From contig JAWLHY010000006.1 of the NCBI GenBank assembly GCA_041690135.1, positions 262,337 to 326,336 on the forward strand: a stretch of DNA of 64,000 bases, written 5' to 3'. The translations under genes and the position numbers were made by a program. Of this stretch, positions 18,607 through 28,743 are shown in pieces. Positions within the stretch are counted from its first letter, which is position 1, and every line of letters begins with the position of its first letter. A model generated the notes under the pieces. That model was given only the letters and a program-made list of their open reading frames with translations, did not search any database and was not told where the DNA came from. The DNA is from Armatimonadota bacterium. GTDB lineage: Bacteria; Armatimonadota; SYMT01.

Positions 18607-20100
18607 TCAGGGCTTTTCCGCCAGGAGAGCCTTAACCTGGTCGAGCACGCCCTGCTCGTTGAAGCCGGCTTCCAGGTAGCGCAGCACGCCTTTCCGGTCG
18701 ATGACTGCGACCGTGGGGAAAGCCTGCACCTGGTAAGCCTGGGAGGCCACATCGTCCAGGTCCATCATGACCGGATAGGTCACCCCGTGCTTGTCCACGA
18801 ACTCGCGGGCCATGCGCATCGGATCGGAGCGCTCACCGGCGTTGACGCCGAACACCATCAAACCCTGCTCGCGATACTTGTTCCAGATCTCTTTTTCCAT
18901 ACGCGGAGCCTCCGCGTTGCAGGGTCCTCACCAGGAGGCGAACCAGTTCAGCAGCACCACCTTACCGCGGTGCTCTGAAAGCTTCGCCTCTTTTCCATCG
19001 AGAGTTTTGAGCTGGACCTCCGGCGCGGGCTTGCCGACCGAAGCGAAGCGCGCGGCCTGCTTTTCGTGCAGGGCCTTCACTTCCGCCAGGGTGAGTTCCC
19101 GATCCCCCTGTTTGTAACGGACCGGAGGATCGAATCGCCCGTCCGCCACCAGGGTGCCCGCGGGGAAATCGACCGTCAACTCTTCCGGGCGGACCGGGAC
19201 GTTGATCTGCGAGCCTTCGATCTTGTAGGTGGAGAGCATGCCCCGGTTCAGGGCCCCGGTGATGTAGATGAGGTGTTCGACGCTCTTCAGGGCAAGGCCG
19301 CTCTTGGTGACCTCGTGCGTGATCTTCAGCTCCTGCCCTCGCGCCACCGGGCCCTGGGGCGTAACGGTATCGCCCGCCATCATCAGCTTCTCCAGGGCAT
19401 AGCGCGGCGCGGTCCGGAGAATCGCGGTCACCCGGTCTTCACCCCGCGTTCCGCTGAGGGTCATCAGACCCTTCGAAGGCTTGGCCGAGGACCAGGTGAT
19501 CCCTTCGAGCAGGTCGGCACCCCGCATCACCAGCAAACGGTCCGGCGCTGTCTGGTCCGGTTGCGGGCCTACCTGGCCCACGCGCTCCAGCTTTTCGGCA
19601 CGGCCAGTCTCCTGGAGCACCCGGCCCAGGTCCTTCGCCACACCGACGAGGTAGTGGGCTTGGGTGTCCCCCTGGGCATCCATCACCGTGACATCACGCT
19701 TCCAATCGTCACCGGAAAAGAGGAGGTATTCGCGCCGCTGGGTACCGACCGGTGCCTTCGCAATGGCCGATCGCACAGTCGCACGCTGGGTGCCCTCCGG
19801 CAGATCGACCTGGCGTTGTGCCACGTGCAGCGAGATGCGACCGCTCTTGACCCGAGCCTCATCCTTCTTGAGTTGAGCTACGGCCTTTTCCGCAAGAGCA
19901 GATCCCTTGGGCGAATTGGCCGATTTAGGCGCCGCGGGCCTGGCGGGCGGTTTGGCAGCGGTTGCCCTGGTGGCGGCAGACTTTTTGGCCGCGGGAGGGG
20001 CCAGGGTAGCCGACACCGGCTGGCACCCCACGCTGGCGGCCGTGATTCCGGCCGCGGCCACCGCTCCGAGAGCACAGCGGATCCGGGTCTTCTCGTTCAT
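18607..20100 (-). CDS. Selenocysteine-containing TlpA/redoxin (UxxC) with a large exported N-terminal domain, 497 aa, Sec at residue 391
   Basis: GKPAPEVQLKTLDGKEAKLSEHRGKVVLLNWFASW-TGA-GPCNAEAPRMEKE continues in frame into ORF 18607-18900 (VTYP..D..AYQVQAFPTVAVIDRKG); hairpin directly 3' of the UGA. Confidence 0.88.
18901..18917 (-). promoter_or_regulatory. Putative bacterial SECIS hairpin
   Basis: mRNA UGA GGACCCUGCA ACGCGGA GGC UCCGCGU: 7-bp stem, G-leading loop, 17 nt between the UGA and the loop. Confidence 0.7.
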
Positions 20101-21527
20101 TGCATCTCCTTATCGAGGAGGCCCCACGCGGCGGCCAGTGCGGCGGCCTGGACCTTCTTGACCGGCGCCCCGGTCGCAGCCGAACATTTACGGCAATCCT
20201 CGTATTCGGGGGTTGCGGTGCGGATCTCACCATCCTGCCGCGCAACCTTCACCCTGACTTCTCCATACGGTGTTTCCACCGCAAGCCATTCCCGTGGGAG
20301 GCAATCCCGGCTCCAGCTCGAATACCGCACCCCAAATGTTGTGGTCTCCTGGAATAGAACCCGGGTGAGTACTTCGCGTTTCGCCGGATCACACAGCACA
20401 CTCAGGGTAAGGGCCGGCCGGTTCTTCTTCATCTGGATCGGCGTCCACCACACGTCCAGCGCCCCGGCGGCGAAAAGCCCCTCCATCACCGGCTCGAACA
20501 ACTGCGGGGACTGATCGTCGATATTCGCCTCGATCAACGTGACCTGCGTGGGCTCGGACTCTACCTCGGCCAGCTCCCCGATCACCACCCGGAGCAGGTT
20601 GGGGAACGGAAAGTTTTTCATCCCTGCCCCGTACCCGATTTCGTGTACGGTGAGCGGCGGCAGGTCCCCGAACTCTGGGGACAACGTACTGGCGAGGGCA
20701 GCCCCGGTGGGGGTGACCAGCTCTCCTTCCACGTCCACGTGGCGTAGGGGGCAGCCTTTGAGTAACTCCATGGTGGCCGGGGGCGGCACCGGCATCATTC
20801 CGTGCGCGCACCTCACGAAGCCATGCCCCGTCGGCAACGGTGAGCACACCACGCGCTCCACTCTTAGCAGGTGCAATGCATAGACGGAGCCCACCACATC
20901 CACAATGCTGTCTACAGCGCCCACTTCGTGGAAATGAACTGCCTCCAGGGTGGACCCGTGGACGGCCGCTTCGGCCTCCGCCAACCGTCGATAGACCCGT
21001 TCGGCATCCCGCTTCACCCCCTCCGGTAACCCACTCGCACGGATCAGGGCCGCTACCTCAGTGAAGGTGCGGGTGCCGGCGTGAGCATTGGGCATTGGGC
21101 ACTCAGACGTTGGGCGATCAGGCGTTGGGGACTGGGGATCGTGATCGTGATCGTGATCGTGATCGGCTTCCCTTCTCTCCTCGCCGTGAGAATGGCTATG
21201 GCCGTGGGAATGCTGCGTGTGCTCGTGGGTGTGGTGCGAGTGTTCGTGGGTGTGGGTGTGGCCGGAGGGTTCTGGGAGGGGGGCGTCGGTGGGTGGGAGG
21301 CGCAGGAGGGGCGCGGAGCCGGCGACCTCGCCGTGGACCAGGACCTCCACATGCGTCGCGGCAATGCCGGATTTCCAGGCGCGCCTGACTTCGAGGTCCC
21401 AGCCGGGCAGGTCGAGGGTGTGCAGGCCTTCCACCAACAACCCCGCATCCACCCCCGCGTCCAGCAGGGCACCCAGCATCATGTCGCCGCTGATTCCACC
21501 GATGCAATCCAGGTAGGCTACTCGCAT
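20097..21527 (-). CDS. larC: Nickel-pincer cofactor biosynthesis nickel insertase LarC
   Basis: YLDCIGGISGDMMLGALLD, His-rich tract, VHFHEVGAVDSIVD, GELVTPTGAA, EANIDD, MKKNRP, ETTTFGVR, PEYEDC. Confidence 0.95.
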   Translation of the reverse strand: MRVAYLDCIGGISGDMMLGALLDAGVDAGLLVEGLHTLDLPGWDLEVRRAWKSGIAATHVEVLVHGEVAGSAPLLRLPPTDAPLPEPSGHTHTHEHSHHTHEHTQHSHGHSHSHGEERREADHDHDHDHDPQSPTPDRPTSECPMPNAHAGTRTFTEVAALIRASGLPEGVKRDAERVYRRLAEAEAAVHGSTLEAVHFHEVGAVDSIVDVVGSVYALHLLRVERVVCSPLPTGHGFVRCAHGMMPVPPPATMELLKGCPLRHVDVEGELVTPTGAALASTLSPEFGDLPPLTVHEIGYGAGMKNFPFPNLLRVVIGELAEVESEPTQVTLIEANIDDQSPQLFEPVMEGLFAAGALDVWWTPIQMKKNRPALTLSVLCDPAKREVLTRVLFQETTTFGVRYSSWSRDCLPREWLAVETPYGEVRVKVARQDGEIRTATPEYEDCRKCSAATGAPVKKVQAAALAAAWGLLDKEMQ

Positions 21528-21528
21528 A

Positions 21529-22278
21529 TTAATCCCGGCAGATGAGGTGCGCCACGTACCCGGCGCCGAAGCCGTTGTCGATGTTGACGACCACTACCCC
21601 CGTCGCGCACGAATTGAGCATGCCCAGAAGCGCGGCCACTCCCTGGAAGCTGGCGCCGTAGCCCACGCTGGTGGGGACGGCGATCACCGGCACTTCCACG
21701 AGGCCACCAACCACGCTGGGCAGAGCGCCCTCCATTCCGGCGACAACCACCAGGGCCTTCGCTTTGACCAGGGCATCCCGTGCGGCGAGAATCCGATGGA
21801 GACCGGCCACTCCGCAGTCGTACAACCGCTCCACCCGACTCCCTAACGCTTCCGCAGTAACAGCGGCTTCCTCCGCCACCGGTTGGTCGGAGGTCCCCGC
21901 GCTCACCACGAGAACATGGGGAGCATCCGCGGGTGGTTCCGGACGAGGCTCCGCTCGCAACTCCACGATCCGTGCGGGGGAATGCAAAACGGCTTCCGGA
22001 AAGATCTCCGCAACTGCGGCAAACTGTTCCGGGGAGATGCGCGTACCCAGGACGAACCCGTGCCGCTCGTAGAGCCGTGCCGCGATGGCGACCACCTGGT
22101 CCGCCGTCTTGCCGGCGCAGTAGATCACCTCGGGCACGCCCTTGCGGAGGTGGCGGTGCGTGTCCACACGCGCGAAACCCAGGTCTTCGTAGGGCGCCCA
22201 CTTGAGCGCTGCCACCGCATCTTCGATGGTGAGGATGCCGGACTGGACGCCGGCCAGGATCTCTCGAATGTTGTCCAC
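21529..22278 (-). CDS. larB: Nickel-pincer cofactor biosynthesis carboxylase/hydrolase LarB
   Basis: [59 protein letters not shown]. Confidence 0.95.
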   Translation of the reverse strand: MDNIREILAGVQSGILTIEDAVAALKWAPYEDLGFARVDTHRHLRKGVPEVIYCAGKTADQVVAIAARLYERHGFVLGTRISPEQFAAVAEIFPEAVLHSPARIVELRAEPRPEPPADAPHVLVVSAGTSDQPVAEEAAVTAEALGSRVERLYDCGVAGLHRILAARDALVKAKALVVVAGMEGALPSVVGGLVEVPVIAVPTSVGYGASFQGVAALLGMLNSCATGVVVVNIDNGFGAGYVAHLICRD

Positions 22279-22702
22279 GCTCGCTTTTGCCTCGAACCAA
22301 GTTCACGGGGTTGGGATTAGAATCTGCCCGCGGAACACACGGAAGAACGCGGAGAAAGAAAGAAGAAGGCGGAAGAAAACTCCGCGAAACGCCTTCTCCC
22401 GTGATGCTTCGGCTTTTCCAGTGAGTCGCGTCTTTGCTGGTGCTGGTTAGCCAATCTCTCTTCAGTTTACCACTGCGGTGGACGGGGCGCATGGGCGGAA
22501 AGGAGAGGCCGGAAAAGGCGGGCAAGATGACCGCCCCACGGGGCGGCTACCGTCGTGCAGGACAGGGCCGGTGGGCAGGTCCGTTTTCAGATTTTTCTGC
22601 CGCGGTGCAGTCCGAGAGCGTCGGCAAGGTCCTGGTCGGCGACAGCGAGCCGACCCTACCGGTGCGCAGTCCAGGTGCGGAGGCAGAGGCGTGGATGTGA
22701 AA

Positions 22703-22729
22703 AAAGGGCGGGCAAGATGCCCGCCCTTT
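22703..22729. terminator. Hairpin, probable terminator of the Gfo/Idh/MocA gene; REP-like, with a degenerate copy at 22517-22535
   Basis: AAAGGGCGGGCA-AGA-TGCCCGCCCTTT, 12-bp stem; reads hairpin then T-tract on the minus strand. Confidence 0.6.
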
Positions 22730-22785
22730 AGTGCGTCCTGATTGCGAGAGGGCACAGGCCCCCCCTTTTCTTGAGCCACGGTGGG

Positions 22786-23853
22786 TTATCCCAGCTTGAG
22801 CGGCTGGCCGCGGCGAGCGCTTTCGTAGACCGCGGTCATGATCTCGATGGTGTGCCGGGTCGTTTCGATGCTGTTGGCCGGCTCCTCGCCGCGCCGGATC
22901 GCCGCGGCAAACCCCTCGAACTGCTTCAGGTGGCCGCGGGTGGCGAAAGCGAACGGGTCGGAGGCAATGGTGGCATCGCGCGGGCCCTTGGGGCCGAAGC
23001 GGGCCAGCATCGCCGCTTCCTCTTCCTTCTCCGCCTCACGGCTCTCGCCGGCAATCGTCCAGGCGGTCAACTCGTCGTCTTCGACCGTGATGCTGCCTTT
23101 GGAGCCGTGGATCAGGAGGGTCCGGCTGAGGCCCGGGTAGGCCGCCGTCGTCGTGGTCATCGTGCCCAGGGCACCATTCGCGAAGGTCAGCACCGCGACC
23201 GTCTTGTCCTCGGATTCGATGTTGTGGGCAAACACGCCGTACTTGCCGTAGACCTCGACCACGGGGCCGCCCAGCCACTGGACGATGTCGAGCGTGTGGA
23301 TTCCCTGGTTGGCCAGCGATCCGCCACCGTCCAGCTTCCAGGTGCCCTTCCAGCCGCCTGGAGGTCCGTAGTATTCATCGGAGCGCCACCAGTTGACCTC
23401 GCCATGTACACCGACCAGCCGGCCGAGGCGACCGCTCTCGATCGTCTTCCGGATCTCCTGGTAGAGGGGCTCGAAGCGGGACTGGAAGATCACCATCAAG
23501 TGCTTCCCGGCCTCCTGCTTCGCCGCGATCATCCGGTCCACGGCTTCCAGGGTGACATCCGGCGGCTTCTCGCAGATGACATGTTTGCCGGACTGGAGCG
23601 CCTTCACGCTGAGGTCGGCGTGCGTGCCGGAAGGAGTGCAGATGTTCACGACATCCACGTCGGCATCGTTCAGGAAGTCGTCGTAGGAGGTGTAGGCGCG
23701 GACGCCGAACTCCTGGCGGTTCTGTTCCAGGCGTGGCTCGTTGGCGTCGCAGATGGCCGCCAACTCACAGCCTGCGGCATCGACCAGGTCGCGGCAGTGC
23801 TGCACGCCCATTCCGAGGCCTACGACTCCAAATCGGAGGGGTTTATCACTCAT
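22786..23853 (-). CDS. Gfo/Idh/MocA family oxidoreductase
   Basis: FGVVGLGMG, ICTPSGTH, GKHVICEKP, GGGSLANQGIHTLD; start at MSDKP. Confidence 0.92.
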   Translation of the reverse strand: MSDKPLRFGVVGLGMGVQHCRDLVDAAGCELAAICDANEPRLEQNRQEFGVRAYTSYDDFLNDADVDVVNICTPSGTHADLSVKALQSGKHVICEKPPDVTLEAVDRMIAAKQEAGKHLMVIFQSRFEPLYQEIRKTIESGRLGRLVGVHGEVNWWRSDEYYGPPGGWKGTWKLDGGGSLANQGIHTLDIVQWLGGPVVEVYGKYGVFAHNIESEDKTVAVLTFANGALGTMTTTTAAYPGLSRTLLIHGSKGSITVEDDELTAWTIAGESREAEKEEEAAMLARFGPKGPRDATIASDPFAFATRGHLKQFEGFAAAIRRGEEPANSIETTRHTIEIMTAVYESARRGQPLKLG

Positions 23854-24238
23854 GGGTGTTCTCGTTCTTTTGTGGGCCGTCAAACCCAGCATCACCTTGT
23901 TCTACGAGGGCAACGTGGGCTTCCAACATTGAGATTAGCGCGGGAAGATCTAATTCCAGCGTGTCCCACACTCTCTCGGGATCTATATCCCAATAAGCAT
24001 GCACCAATCGGTTCCGCATACCGATGACACTTCTCCAGGGAATGTTGGGATACTCCGCCTTCGCTTCCTCCGAAAGCCGGGTGGCAGCCTCGCCAATTAT
24101 CTCAATACACCGGACAACGGCAAGCGCGAACATCCGATCATGCTCTAGATCGTCCCGCGTTCGTGTACTGGCGAAGCCGACTGCCTCGCGAGCGGCCTCC
24201 ACCATGTGGCGAACACGATTCTGGTCTTCACGCCGCAT
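23846..24238 (-). CDS. HepT-like HEPN ribonuclease toxin (DUF86)
   Basis: IEIIGEAA, IPW..IGMRNRLVHAY (RX4HXY). Confidence 0.92.
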   Translation of the reverse strand: MRREDQNRVRHMVEAAREAVGFASTRTRDDLEHDRMFALAVVRCIEIIGEAATRLSEEAKAEYPNIPWRSVIGMRNRLVHAYWDIDPERVWDTLELDLPALISMLEAHVALVEQGDAGFDGPQKNENTHE

Positions 24239-24527
24239 ACTGGATCTCTGCAGCTTGCTCTACTTCCTCGCGAAAGTGCCGGCTGAGCTCCCGTGGCGTG
24301 CGGAGGTCGACTCGCCGGCCGAAGAGTTCGGATAGCTCCTCTTCCATTTTGGCCATCGCCAGCAATCCGGCCCGTACGTCGGGTTCGAACTCAACGAGGA
24401 CATCCACATCGCTCTCCGGAGTGAAGTCGCTTCGCAGAACTGAGCCGAAGAGTGACAGTTTGCGAATCCCGTTTCGCCGACAAAACTCTGCAATCCGGTT
24501 TCGGTCTACTGTCACTCTCGCGTCCAT
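24228..24527 (-). CDS. MntA-like minimal nucleotidyltransferase antitoxin
   Basis: LFGSVLRSDFTPESDVDVLVEF (GSX10DXD), GRRVDL; overlaps the HEPN gene. Confidence 0.92.
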   Translation of the reverse strand: MDARVTVDRNRIAEFCRRNGIRKLSLFGSVLRSDFTPESDVDVLVEFEPDVRAGLLAMAKMEEELSELFGRRVDLRTPRELSRHFREEVEQAAEIQYAA

Positions 24528-24536
24528 GGATCTAGC

Positions 24537-27500
24537 TTACCGCTTTCCCTTGCAGTACTCGTCGATGGTGAGGCAGTGGGGGCGCATGTCTTCACCGCCG
24601 CCGTTGGCGCGGGCGGAGAGGGCTTCGAGCAGGGCGCCTACCGTGTCCAGGCTGGTGAGACAGGGCACGCCGTTCTCCACCGCCGCCCGGCGCAGGAGGA
24701 TCGCTTCCTGCTCGGACTTCTTGTTGCGGGAGACGGTGTTGATCAGCAGGTTGACCTTTCCTTCCTGGATCAGGGAGATGAGGGTGCGCCCGCCTTCGTG
24801 GATCTTATTCGCCTGCTCGGCATCGATGCCGTTCTGCTGGAGGTACTTCGCCGTGCCGGCCGTGGCATAGATCTTGTAACCCATCTGCGCGTAGCCCCGC
24901 AACATGGGCAGGGCTTCCAGCTTGTCCGGGTCCGCAATGGTCGCGATGATGGCGCCGTGCGTCGGCACATCGACCCCGCTGGCGATCATCGCCTTGTAGA
25001 GGGCGCGCGGGTAATCGAGGTCGGTGCCCATGATCTCGCCGGTGGACTTCATCTCGGGGCCGAGGCTCACATCGACCTTGGTAAGCTTGGCGAAGCTGAA
25101 GACGGGCGCCTTCACCGAAACGTGATGGGCGGGCCGCTCCGCGCCGCCGGCGTAGAGGCCGGAGGTGTAGCCCAGGTCCTTCAGCCGGTCGCCCAACATA
25201 CAACGGGTGGCGAGATGCACCATCGGGACGCCCGTGATCTTGGAAAGGTAGGGAACCGTGCGGCTGGAGCGCGGGTTCACTTCGAGGATGTAGACCTCCT
25301 CGCCCTCGACCACGAACTGGATGTTCATCAGGCCAACGACTTTGAGCGCCCGCGCCACGCGGATGGCGTAGTCGCACATCTTGTCCTGGACGACCTGCGA
25401 CAGAGACTGCGGCGGAAACACCGCCATCGAGTCGCCGCTGTGGACGCCGGCCCGCTCGATATGCTCCATGATGCCGGGGATGAGACAGTCCACGCCATCG
25501 GAGATGACGTCGACTTCCGCTTCCTTACCCAGGACATACTTGTCGACCAGGATGGGCGCGTCCGGGCTCACTTCCACCACATACCGCATGTAGTTGAGCA
25601 GTGCTTCACGAGTGTGGATGATCTCCATCGCCCGGCCGCCCAGCACGTAGGACGGGCGGACCAGCACCGGATAGCCGATCTCATCCGCTACCTCGACGGC
25701 CGCCTCAATGGAGCGGACCGCGCGTCCCGGAGGCTTGGGAATGCCCAGGTCGCTAAGCATCTGCTCGAAGAGGTCCCGATCTTCCGCGGCATCGATCCCC
25801 TCGACCGTGGTCCCGAGGATCGGCACGCCGGCCTCCTTCAACGGCTTCGCCAGGTTGATGGCCGTTTGCCCGCCGAACTGGACGATCACCCCTTCCGGCT
25901 TCTCCTCGGCCACGATCGCCAGCACGTTCTCCAGGGTTAGCGGCTCGAAGTAGAGGCGGTCGGAGGTATCGAAGTCGGTGGAGACCGTTTCCGGATTGTT
26001 GTTGATGACGATCGATTCGTAGCCGGCCTCGCGGAGCGCCCACACGCCATGCACGGTACAGTAGTCGAATTCGATCCCCTGTCCGATCCGGATCGGCCCG
26101 GAGCCGATCACGATAGCCTTCTTCTTAGGGGCTAGGGGCTGGGGGTCGGGGGTCGGGGTGGTCGGGGAAGCGGGGGAATTGACAATTGTCAATTGGGCAT
26201 CTGCTTCTGACCCCTGGCCCCTGGCCCCTGGCCCCTCACCGCCATCAGCAGCTTCGTCTTCGGTTTCGTAGGTGCTGTAGAAGTAGGGGGTGGCAGCCTC
26301 GAATTCGGCGGCGCAGGTGTCCACCATCTTGTAGACGGGCTTGATGCCGTTCGCCCAGCGCAGGTCACGGATTTCCTTCTCCGTCACCCCGCACTTCTCG
26401 GCCAGCGTTCGGTCACTGATGCCGCAGCGCTTGGCGGCCGCCAGATCCGCCAGGAACTGCGGATCGGCGGACGGCTGCCGCCCCTCGAAGCTGTCTTCGA
26501 GGCGGACCAGCTCGCGCACCTTCCAGAGGAACCAGGGGTCGACGTGGGTAAGCGACTGGACCTCTTTGATTTCCCACCCGCGCCGGAAAGCCTCGGCGAT
26601 GGCGAAGAGACGCTCGTCCGTCGCCTTGCGGAGACCGACCTCGAGCTCCATCTCGCTCCAGCCATGGGTATTCCGCGCGGAAAGGCCGTGGACCCCCACT
26701 TCGAGCGAGCGGATTGCCTTCAACAGTGCGGACTCGAAGGTGCGCCCGATGGACATCACCTCGCCGGTGGCCTTCATCTGGGTGCCGATGGTCCGGTCCG
26801 CGGTCACGAACTTGTCGAAGGGCCAGCGTGGGATCTTAACGACGCAGTAATCGAGCGCCGGTTCGAAGCAGGCCAGCGTCTTGCGGGTCACTTCGTTCCG
26901 GATCTCGTCCAGCCGAAGCCCGATACAAATCTTGGCGGAAACGCGTGCGATCGGGTAACCCGTCGCCTTGGAAGCCAGCGCGGAGGAGCGGCTGACCCGC
27001 GGGTTCACCTCGATCACGTAGTACTGGAAGCTCTTCGGGTCGAGGGCGAGCTGGACGTTGCAGCCCCCTTCGATCCCCAGCGCGCGGATGATCTTGAGGG
27101 AGGCGGACCGGAGCATCTGGTACTCCTTGTCCGACAGCGTCTGGCTCGGCGCCACCACGATGGAGTCCCCAGTATGAACGCCCATCGGGTCGAAATTCTC
27201 CATGTTACAGATGGTGATACAGGTATCCGCGCCGTCGCGCATCACCTCGTATTCCACCTCTTTCCAGCCGGCGAGATACCGCTCCACCAGGATCTGGTGC
27301 CGCATGGAGAGTTTCAGGCCCAGCGCGCCAATCTCCATCAACTCATTCCGGTCCTGGGCGATTCCGCCGCCGGTCCCACCCAGCGTGTAGGCCGGACGCA
27401 CGATCAGCGGCCACGGCAGATCGTCCTGGCCGGCCAGCTCACGGAGCTGTTCCATGCTCTCGATGATCCAGCTCTCCGGCACCGGCTCGCCGATGCGGCG

Positions 27501-27908
27501 CATGAGGGAGCGGAACTCCTCGCGGTCCTCGGCCATCCGGATCGAAGGAAGAGGCGTGCCCAGCAGTTCGACGTCGTACTTCTCCAGCACGCCCGCCGCG
27601 GCCAGCTTGGTGGCCAGGTTCAGACCCATCTGTCCGCCCAGGCCCGGCGCGAGGCCGTCCGGACGCTCGCGGGCGATGACCTTCTCCGCGAACTCGACCG
27701 TGAGCGGCTCGATGTAAACCCGGTCCGCCATCTCCGTATCGGTCATGATGGTGGCGGGGTTGGAGTTAATGAGGACGACCTCACACCCTTCCTCGCGTAA
27801 GGACTGGCAAGCCTGGGTGCCCGCGTAGTCGAACTCTGCGGCCTGGCCGATGATGATCGGCCCGGAGCCGATGACCATTACTTTCTTGATGTGCGGTTTC
27901 TTTGGCAT
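24537..27908 (-). CDS. carB: Carbamoyl-phosphate synthase large subunit
   Basis: [17 protein letters not shown], two ATP-grasp halves, [11 protein letters not shown]-terminal MGS domain. Confidence 0.98.
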   Translation of the reverse strand: MPKKPHIKKVMVIGSGPIIIGQAAEFDYAGTQACQSLREEGCEVVLINSNPATIMTDTEMADRVYIEPLTVEFAEKVIARERPDGLAPGLGGQMGLNLATKLAAAGVLEKYDVELLGTPLPSIRMAEDREEFRSLMRRIGEPVPESWIIESMEQLRELAGQDDLPWPLIVRPAYTLGGTGGGIAQDRNELMEIGALGLKLSMRHQILVERYLAGWKEVEYEVMRDGADTCITICNMENFDPMGVHTGDSIVVAPSQTLSDKEYQMLRSASLKIIRALGIEGGCNVQLALDPKSFQYYVIEVNPRVSRSSALASKATGYPIARVSAKICIGLRLDEIRNEVTRKTLACFEPALDYCVVKIPRWPFDKFVTADRTIGTQMKATGEVMSIGRTFESALLKAIRSLEVGVHGLSARNTHGWSEMELEVGLRKATDERLFAIAEAFRRGWEIKEVQSLTHVDPWFLWKVRELVRLEDSFEGRQPSADPQFLADLAAAKRCGISDRTLAEKCGVTEKEIRDLRWANGIKPVYKMVDTCAAEFEAATPYFYSTYETEDEAADGGEGPGARGQGSEADAQLTIVNSPASPTTPTPDPQPLAPKKKAIVIGSGPIRIGQGIEFDYCTVHGVWALREAGYESIVINNNPETVSTDFDTSDRLYFEPLTLENVLAIVAEEKPEGVIVQFGGQTAINLAKPLKEAGVPILGTTVEGIDAAEDRDLFEQMLSDLGIPKPPGRAVRSIEAAVEVADEIGYPVLVRPSYVLGGRAMEIIHTREALLNYMRYVVEVSPDAPILVDKYVLGKEAEVDVISDGVDCLIPGIMEHIERAGVHSGDSMAVFPPQSLSQVVQDKMCDYAIRVARALKVVGLMNIQFVVEGEEVYILEVNPRSSRTVPYLSKITGVPMVHLATRCMLGDRLKDLGYTSGLYAGGAERPAHHVSVKAPVFSFAKLTKVDVSLGPEMKSTGEIMGTDLDYPRALYKAMIASGVDVPTHGAIIATIADPDKLEALPMLRGYAQMGYKIYATAGTAKYLQQNGIDAEQANKIHEGGRTLISLIQEGKVNLLINTVSRNKKSEQEAILLRRAAVENGVPCLTSLDTVGALLEALSARANGGGEDMRPHCLTIDEYCKGKR
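26125..26237. repeat. Heptamer-repeat element with central 18-bp palindrome, inserted in frame in carB
   Basis: TTAGGGG CTAGGGG CTGGGGG TCGGGGG arm, AATTGACAATTGTCAATT (26177-94), TGACCCC TGGCCCC x3 arm. Confidence 0.8.
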
Positions 27909-27924
27909 ACGTCCTGCTATCGTC

Positions 27925-28527
27925 CTACAACAAACCGAACCGGATCAGGGGCCAGGTTACCAGGAACCCCCGTCCAACGAAATTCTCCCGGAAGGCCGCG
28001 CCCCACTCGTGACTGTCCCGGCTGAAGTTCCGGTTGTCACCCAGCACCCAGTACTCCCGAGCCTCTAGCTTCAGCGGCTTCGTGGTGTAAAGCATCGGCT
28101 GCCCTTCCTCGATGTACGGCTCCGGGAGCACCTTGCCGTCGATGAACAACTTTCCGTCGCGCACCTCGATCGTATCGCCGGGAAGACCAACCACCCGCTT
28201 CACCAGGAAGGGCCCGTTGCCATCTTCCGGCGTGGGATTGCGCAGCACCCAGATCTCTCCACGGCGCGGACCCACCCGAGGCGCGATGAGTATGTCCGCC
28301 CGGAAGCGGTCCCCCTCCTGCAGTCGCGGGAACATCGAACTCGATGGCACGAAGTACGGCTGCGTCCCCGTGAAGTAAATGGAGAGCGCAAGGCCCGCCA
28401 CCAGGATCAACAGAAACTTTTGCCACCCCGGAACCGCGGCCCAACCGGTCTTCCGGTTGCCGCGCGGCGCGTATGGATCGCGTGCTTCCAACTCCGGATC
28501 GTCCGGCCGGCGCCACGCCTCGCTCAA
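27925..28527 (-). CDS. lepB: Signal peptidase I
   Basis: TM, then PSSSMFPRL (Ser), [11 protein letters not shown] (Lys), [10 protein letters not shown]; TTG start. Confidence 0.92.
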   Translation of the reverse strand: MSEAWRRPDDPELEARDPYAPRGNRKTGWAAVPGWQKFLLILVAGLALSIYFTGTQPYFVPSSSMFPRLQEGDRFRADILIAPRVGPRRGEIWVLRNPTPEDGNGPFLVKRVVGLPGDTIEVRDGKLFIDGKVLPEPYIEEGQPMLYTTKPLKLEAREYWVLGDNRNFSRDSHEWGAAFRENFVGRGFLVTWPLIRFGLL

Positions 28528-28743
28528 CCGCTCCGGCGCCCGCTCGCGCAGGCTCTCCCCGGAACGGGACCGGGATCGCGAGGATCTCTCGCCCCGATGA
28601 GAAGGCTCGCTGCCGTGCGAGCGGCTGCTCCCCTGGGAGCGACCGTGGCCATGCGATCTCCCACTGCGGTGAGACCGGCCGCTGCCCCGTGACCCCTCTC
28701 GGGAGTCGCCTTCGCGATGCCTCGGCTTTTCCGGGTCCAGGGT

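Noticed and set aside
18607-18900. Separate 97-aa gene, or a broken pseudogene
   Set aside because: It is in frame with the upstream ORF across a single UGA at the catalytic Cys position, with a SECIS-like hairpin; a single selenoprotein explains it better.
19066-20514. 482-aa plus-strand ORF and other long antisense ORFs over carB, pyrC, pyrB and the ThuA gene
   Set aside because: They overlap strongly supported genes on the opposite strand and lack family motifs.
20097-21527. Programmed frameshift in larC as in Lactobacillus larC1/larC2
   Set aside because: Both domains are in one continuous reading frame here.
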